A DNA stretch of 64,000 nt. Origin: Nostoc sp. Lineage in GTDB: Bacteria; Cyanobacteriota; Cyanobacteriia; Cyanobacteriales; Nostocaceae. This document shows positions 58,406 through 64,000 of this stretch, one piece after another; position 1 is the first letter of the stretch, and each line of letters opens with the position of its first letter. The position numbers and the translations under genes were made by a program. The stretch lies in the NCBI RefSeq assembly GCF_036917455.1, contig NZ_JBALDK010000059.1, positions 1,466 through 65,465 of the forward strand, written 5' to 3'. Under the pieces are notes generated by a model. That model worked only from the letters and a program-made list of their open reading frames with translations. It was not told where the DNA came from and did not search any database.

Positions 58406-59503
58406 CTATCGGGACGACATCAAAGTAACAAAAGTATGAGCTTGAACTGATAATTGGTGCTTTTGATACCAAGCATAAGCATTGTCTGCTACTACCTGCC
58501 CTGCTGATAAATTCATCCTGTGCTGATACTTGTTCCCCAGCCAGTAGTGTTTCCCTGCTTGCAGACTATCTACGTCTTGTCCTTGATCCCATGTACATAT
58601 AGGTAATAATCTGTGAGCGCAGTAAGCAGCAAAAATTCCTGATTTTGTCAGGAATTCAGTAGGGTAATTCAAAAAACCTGCTACTGAATTTGATAGTAAA
58701 CTGCTGATGTCAGGAGCAGATTTAATTCCCAAACAGACGATAGAAATATCATTTACTGGTTCAATTTTAAAATCTAAAGCAGAACCAATATCTAAAATTT
58801 CCTCAATTTCTAACTCCAAACAGGTCCGTTGCAATGCCAATCGCGAGTTTTGATAAACACGAGAACGCGGCCCGCAGCTGCCGAGTATTACTAAACGTCT
58901 AGGACGTTCCAATAAAGAGGTAAGATGCTCTGGTTCACCTATATTAGAAAAAACTGGCAAAGTCGGAATTGTAGAGTGTTTTCCTCGACCTAATCTATTG
59001 ATAATTTCAGCATATATTTGATTGTTGGTAAGACAACGATCGCTCAAGCGAACCAGACGTGCAGCTAAATTTCTTTGCAGTGGTGATGTCCAAAACTGAC
59101 TTGTCCAAATTGAACCAAAAGCATACACTTCATGAAACATCGTTACCAAATGTCGAGAATTAGTAGCTTTTCGCCAACGTTCCAAGCCTTCCACTAACCA
59201 AACTGGACAGCCTCGTTTTGCATAACCATAGCCTACATAATGCAAAATAACAGTAGTTATTGAGTGCTGTTCATTGGTTAATAATTTTAAAAGAGCTGTA
59301 CTAGAGCATTCCGCCACTTGATGAACTGCAAACCCCTCTACAAAAGCTTCACCAGACCAATTAGGATCTCCAATTACAAAGCTGGTCATCCAGCCAAAAT
59401 CTTGACGCAGTTGCTTTGCTATATTTAACCCATAGTCTCCTACTCCATCAATAGCAGGGATTAGACGGGGAACAATTGCAATGATGGGAGCAATAGGTTG
59501 CAT
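58406..59503 (-). CDS. Glycosyltransferase (GT-B/GT4-like; probable start 59503)
   Basis: DGVGDYG, HYVGYGY, VTMFHE, LPVFSNIGEP and KSGIFAAYCAH. Confidence 0.75.
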   Translation of the reverse strand: MQPIAPIIAIVPRLIPAIDGVGDYGLNIAKQLRQDFGWMTSFVIGDPNWSGEAFVEGFAVHQVAECSSTALLKLLTNEQHSITTVILHYVGYGYAKRGCPVWLVEGLERWRKATNSRHLVTMFHEVYAFGSIWTSQFWTSPLQRNLAARLVRLSDRCLTNNQIYAEIINRLGRGKHSTIPTLPVFSNIGEPEHLTSLLERPRRLVILGSCGPRSRVYQNSRLALQRTCLELEIEEILDIGSALDFKIEPVNDISIVCLGIKSAPDISSLLSNSVAGFLNYPTEFLTKSGIFAAYCAHRLLPICTWDQGQDVDSLQAGKHYWLGNKYQHRMNLSAGQVVADNAYAWYQKHQLSVQAHTFVTLMSSR

Positions 59504-60035
59504 TAGAAAATATTTCTTGACAGTGGTCAATATTTTATACTGTGATTTGCAATACTGCTGTTAGTATAATTAAAAATATTTTAACAATTCAAAATCTATC
59601 CGGGAAATTTGAGGGTGACAGTACAACCGCTCACTTTCCGCCAAATTCAACATTTAAGACAGTTTCAAAGGGTGATTTAGCATAAATTCCAGCCAGTCAC
59701 TTAGGCAAGTTTCCCAACTTGGAAGAACTGGCGTTGAGCGGCGGCTCCAAGCACTCAGAACTTTCAAAAACAGATCCCGACAAAAACTGAATGTAGTGGA
59801 GTCACCAGAACTCTGAGCTAAATGTTGATGTTGCGGGTCTTAACCCCCTTAACTTCCGATCAACTTTCTTACAGTTCAGCAAAATGTTGACAAAAGTGCT
59901 ATGTCCAGAATAGTTTGGATAACCCTACAAAATAATGCAGATGAAATTTGTCAGTTAGTTAGACTTAAACCCTATTATTGAAATTACCGCAGTGAGTGAT
60001 GATGAAAAGCCAATATACAAACGTAAATTTGATGT

Positions 60036-61178
60036 ATGCCTCATCCACGAAAACTTCTTTCTATTAGTCACTCCTATGTGGTAAAACTGAACCGCCGACT
60101 TATCAATGAAATAGCCTTTTTGGGAAAAGGAGAATGGGAAGTCACTGCGGTTGCTCCTTCGTTTATACATGGAGATTTACGATCAATATATTTGGAAGCT
60201 GATCCTAACGAAATCTGTCACCTAGAAGCAGTACCAGTTTATTTCAGCAAGCCTGCTCACGTTTTGACTTATGGTTGCCGACTTAAGGTGATTATGGAGC
60301 AAAGCTGGGATTTGGTGCATTGTTGGGAAGAGCCTTATATTTTTTCTGGTGGACAGATTGCTTGGTGGACAGAGAGGAAAACTCCACTAGTTTTTTCTAG
60401 CTTTCAAAATAAATCTAAGCGATATCCACCTCCATTTAATTGGATTGAGCAATATGCCATGAATCGGGCAACAGGATGGATTACTGGTGGGCAGACTGTC
60501 GTAGAAACTTTAAAACCTCGAAAAGGATATTCACTTCCTATGCGACTTATTCCTCTCGGTGTAGATGTTAACCATTTCTACCCATCGGTTGATGCCAAGC
60601 ACCAGATTCGTCGATTTCTTGCTTGGGAAGAGAAAGGGACACCTGTTATCGGTTTTCTGGGGCGCTTTGTTCCTGAAAAAGGATTAGATTTACTCATGCA
60701 AGTTATAGATAGTTTACAAACTCCTTGGCGAGCTTTGTTTGTCGGTAATGGAGTAATGGAATCATCACTACGAAGGTGGGCAAAGCATTATCCTGAACAG
60801 GTGCGAATTTGTACACATGTAAAACATAGTGAAGTTTCCCAATACCTCAATGCTATGGATATACTTGTCGCTCCTAGTCAAACCATCTCTAACTGGCGAG
60901 AACAATTTGGGCGAATGCTCATTGAGGCATTTGCCTGTGGTGTTCCTGTAATTGGCAGTGATAGCGGCGAAATTCCTTATGTTATTCAAGATGCTGGTTT
61001 AGTAGTTGGTGAAAAGGATGAGTTGGGTTGGGTTGCAGCTATTTCTGAATTACTTAACAGCCCCTCAGGTCGGCAAGAACTGGCTACTAAAGGTTTAGAG
61101 CGAGCACACACATTGTACGCTTGGACATCTGTTGCCAAACAGCATTTAGAATTTTTTACCGAACTTTTGAATAAATAA
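60036..61178 (+). CDS. Glycosyltransferase family 4
   Basis: FLGRFVPEKG and EQFGRMLIEAFACGVPVIGSDSG. Confidence 0.92.
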   Translation: MPHPRKLLSISHSYVVKLNRRLINEIAFLGKGEWEVTAVAPSFIHGDLRSIYLEADPNEICHLEAVPVYFSKPAHVLTYGCRLKVIMEQSWDLVHCWEEPYIFSGGQIAWWTERKTPLVFSSFQNKSKRYPPPFNWIEQYAMNRATGWITGGQTVVETLKPRKGYSLPMRLIPLGVDVNHFYPSVDAKHQIRRFLAWEEKGTPVIGFLGRFVPEKGLDLLMQVIDSLQTPWRALFVGNGVMESSLRRWAKHYPEQVRICTHVKHSEVSQYLNAMDILVAPSQTISNWREQFGRMLIEAFACGVPVIGSDSGEIPYVIQDAGLVVGEKDELGWVAAISELLNSPSGRQELATKGLERAHTLYAWTSVAKQHLEFFTELLNK

Positions 61179-61190
61179 AAATAAGTATTT

Positions 61191-62114
61191 ATGAAACTAG
61201 CTTTACGTAATTCTATTGCTTATATCTTACGCTCTTTACCTTACTTTAAAGGCAAGTATAAGTTAAGTAAAGTACTTATTCCTTTAATGACAAATTATCA
61301 ATCTGATGAAGAGTGTTTTGTAAAAATTAAAATGCACCAAGGTAGTATAATCTGTCTTGACTTGCGTAGTCTTTTAGAGCAAAAAGTCTTTTTTTCAGGG
61401 GAATATGATGGTGGCATTATTCAGATACTATCTAGACTTTTACATCCAGGAGTAGTAATTTTTGATGTTGGTGCAAATATTGGACTTTACTCCATATCTT
61501 TAGGAGAAAAACTCAAAAAAAAAGGCGTTAAATCTCAAATATGGGCTTTTGAACCAGTTGCATCTAATTTTAACCGTCTAGCTAACTTAGTTGAAATCAA
61601 CCAATTAACGAATATCATTTATCCAGTCAGTACTGCCCTTGGAAACCAAGAGGGAGAAATACAACTCTGTATGGTAGATGAACAGAATAATTCATCAACT
61701 GGCAATGCTTTTTTATTAAAAAAAGGTCTAGTTAATAAAGAGAAGCCTACTTGCTCATCACTTATCACTAAGTTAGATAACTTTGTTGAAAAAAATAATA
61801 TTTCAAAATGCGACATTATCAAAGTAGATATTGAAGGTGCTGAAATGGATTTTCTATTAGGAGGATTGAATTTTATTAAAAAAACTCGCCCAATAATTTA
61901 TGGTGAGTTTAATCCATATTGGGTACAGCATTTTGGATATTCTTTTGTAGAGATAGCAGAGTTAGTAATTCCTTGGGAATATAAGTTGTACCAACAAGTA
62001 GGGCGTAAACATTTTATTGAAATTAAGGAAGTAAAAGCGGGGATTTCAGACGTACTAATGGTTCCCAAGGAGAAATTGCCTGACCTATTAGTAAAATTAA
62101 ATATACTTCAATAG
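61191..62114 (+). CDS. FkbM family methyltransferase
   Basis: FDVGANIG, WAFEP and IKVDIEGAE. Confidence 0.92.
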   Translation: MKLALRNSIAYILRSLPYFKGKYKLSKVLIPLMTNYQSDEECFVKIKMHQGSIICLDLRSLLEQKVFFSGEYDGGIIQILSRLLHPGVVIFDVGANIGLYSISLGEKLKKKGVKSQIWAFEPVASNFNRLANLVEINQLTNIIYPVSTALGNQEGEIQLCMVDEQNNSSTGNAFLLKKGLVNKEKPTCSSLITKLDNFVEKNNISKCDIIKVDIEGAEMDFLLGGLNFIKKTRPIIYGEFNPYWVQHFGYSFVEIAELVIPWEYKLYQQVGRKHFIEIKEVKAGISDVLMVPKEKLPDLLVKLNILQ

Positions 62115-62211
62115 TTTAAGTATGTCTACCTACACATTAATAATATAAGTTAGACATTTAAAAAATAAACTTTTTTATCTCACTTAACAATTACAATACA
62201 AAATAGATAGG

Positions 62212-63357
62212 ATGGCTCAAATACAGCTCGCAATCATTTGCGATTACCTTGAAGAAAAATGGCATAGCATGGATCTCTGTGCTCAGATGCTACTCCAAGA
62301 ACTGCAAGCTGAACATCTTGCATCTATTCAAGCTATAGAAGTTTGTCCAACATTTAACTGGCGTTGTAAACAAATTCCTCGACTCGGTAAAAAGCATTTT
62401 GCCTACAATACCGATCGCCTGATTAACCGATTTTGGGACTATCCCCATTATCTCAACCAACGGTTAGCAGATTTTGATTTATTTCACATTGCTGACCATA
62501 GCTATGCTCATTTAGTTCATGTCTTGCCTCCAGACCGCACAGGTGTATACTGTCACGATATTGATGCCTTTCGTTCTTTGGTAGAGCCAGAGCAAGAACC
62601 TCGGTCTAAGTGGTATAAAGCCATGTCTCTCAGAATTCTGCGCGGTTTACAATCATGCGCCGTTGTATTTTATTCCACAACAGAAGTCAAAAAACAAATT
62701 GAGCATTATCAACTGGTAAAACCATCGCGTCTAGTCTACGCGCCCTATGGTATTGCCCCAGAATTTGGTATTGTTCCTGAGAACGAAACTAATAATGACC
62801 AACAAATATTAGGAAAAATAGGTGAAGTCCCTTTTTTACTACATGTCGGTAGTTGCATTCCCCGCAAGCGTATTGACATTCTTTTAGAAGTGTTCGCACA
62901 GATACAAGCTATTTATCCAAAATTGCAACTTGTCAAAGTCGGTGGTGAGTGGACACAAAGCCAACAGCAACAAATTGCTCAGTTGAATATCGGCAATTCA
63001 ATAATTCATTTACAGGGTTTACAGCGTCCAACTATAGCAGCCCTTTATCGACGAGCATCAGCAGTGTTATTAACAAGTGAAGCAGAAGGCTTTGGATTAC
63101 CTGTTATTGAAGCCTTAGCCTGCGGGGCCATCGCAATTGTCAGCGATATTCCTGTACTCCGTGAGGTGGGTGGAGAAGCGGCGGTATACTGCCCAACTGC
63201 GGATGTGTCAGCTTGGGTAAAGACGTTAGAACAGCTATTGCTAAACCCAACTAGCGCCCCTGTGATTGATCTTCGCCTGAGCCAGGCGAAGAGATATTCT
63301 TGGTCTGCTCATGCCCAAATTATTGCTCAATCTTATACAAAATTAGCCAGTGATTAA
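62212..63357 (+). CDS. Glycosyltransferase family 4
   Basis: HVGSCIPRKRID and EGFGLPVIEALACG. Confidence 0.92.
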   Translation: MAQIQLAIICDYLEEKWHSMDLCAQMLLQELQAEHLASIQAIEVCPTFNWRCKQIPRLGKKHFAYNTDRLINRFWDYPHYLNQRLADFDLFHIADHSYAHLVHVLPPDRTGVYCHDIDAFRSLVEPEQEPRSKWYKAMSLRILRGLQSCAVVFYSTTEVKKQIEHYQLVKPSRLVYAPYGIAPEFGIVPENETNNDQQILGKIGEVPFLLHVGSCIPRKRIDILLEVFAQIQAIYPKLQLVKVGGEWTQSQQQQIAQLNIGNSIIHLQGLQRPTIAALYRRASAVLLTSEAEGFGLPVIEALACGAIAIVSDIPVLREVGGEAAVYCPTADVSAWVKTLEQLLLNPTSAPVIDLRLSQAKRYSWSAHAQIIAQSYTKLASD

Positions 63358-63363
63358 AACTAT

Positions 63364-64000
63364 ATGAAAATAGTATTTGTTAACCCGGTAGGAGTAATTG
63401 GTGGTGCAGAGAGAGTTTTGCTAACTATCTTAGCTGCACTCGTGATTGCACAGCCAAATATGCAACTACACTTAATAATAGGCACGGATGGGCCATTAAG
63501 AGAGCAGGCTAAAAAATTAGGCGTACAGGTAACATTACTGGAAATACCAGAAGAATTTAATCAACTGGGTGACAGTGCCTTTAAAGGTAATAGTAAAGCG
63601 ATCGCAATATTGATCTTATTATCACAAATAGTCAAAATTTTGCCCAGCATAGGGAAATATCTAAGGGAATTTAATCAATTGCTGCATGAACTCAACCCAG
63701 ACTTAATTCACTCCAACGGTATTAAGACCCATTTACTAACTGCATTAGTTGGAGTTAAAGGTATACCTATTGTTTGGCACATTCATGATTTCTACGGCTC
63801 ACGACCATTAATAGCACAAGCTTTAAAATTGATGAATAATCGCGCCACGTTTGGAATTGCTGTTTCCCAAGCTGTAGCACAAGATGCTAGAACTACACTA
63901 CCTGGTTGGCCGATAGAAGTAATTTACAATGCCATAAATATAGATTACTTTTCTCCTGCTCCTCAATCTTCCCATCTTCCTCTGCGAGTGGGACTGGTAG
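63364..64000 (+). CDS. Glycosyltransferase family 4, partial (runs off the right edge)
   Basis: Manual translation from ATG 63364: MKIVFVNPVGVIGGAERVLL...PDLIHSNG...VWHIHD...AVSQAV...IYNAI. Confidence 0.88.
   Translation, partial: MKIVFVNPVGVIGGAERVLLTILAALVIAQPNMQLHLIIGTDGPLREQAKKLGVQVTLLEIPEEFNQLGDSAFKGNSKAIAILILLSQIVKILPSIGKYLREFNQLLHELNPDLIHSNGIKTHLLTALVGVKGIPIVWHIHDFYGSRPLIAQALKLMNNRATFGIAVSQAVAQDARTTLPGWPIEVIYNAINIDYFSPAPQSSHLPLRVGLV

Noticed and set aside
59610-59900. Possible IS end or transposase remnant (CAGTACAACCGC...) between the divergent glycosyltransferases
   Set aside because: No convincing transposase motif or matching inverted repeat found by eye.
1-64000. CRISPR array, rRNA, integrase or prophage; canonical NtcA sites (GTA-N8-TAC)
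   Set aside because: No regularly spaced repeat-spacer array, rRNA-like sequence or phage/recombinase genes seen. Only imperfect NtcA-like matches were noticed in the intergenic regions I inspected.

Overview
Chromosomal window from a heterocyst-forming cyanobacterium, most likely Nostoc. The evidence is abundant HIP1 octamers (GCGATCGC), heptamer tandem repeats and small dispersed repeats. The left part is core genome: rplS-tRNA-Trp-secE-nusG-rplK-rplA-rplJ-rplL, a sulfate-binding protein, an acyltransferase, tRNA-Ala(UGC) next to trhO, two sensor kinases, a Ser/Thr kinase, a modB-modC fusion, fmt, minCDE, a sugar-acid kinase and a GST. From about 35 kb the window is accessory. The most notable feature is a minus-strand operon at 36.4-43.3 kb matching the uncharacterised STM4011-STM4015 five-gene module (two radical SAM enzymes, an alkaline-phosphatase-superfamily hydrolase, an ATP-grasp enzyme, an LRR protein). 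It carries one intact and two internally deleted LRR paralogs. It is preceded by a sigma70-type promoter overlapped by a cyanobacterial LexA box and by a leader terminator-like hairpin, and a second ATP-grasp gene converges on it. Next is a signalling cluster at 44.7-57.9 kb, including a 2549-aa CBS-GAF-14xPAS hybrid kinase, bracketed by two IS remnants. A glycosyltransferase/FkbM cluster runs off the right end. I saw no rRNA, CRISPR array or intact mobile element. All family assignments come from motif recognition by eye, not database searches.
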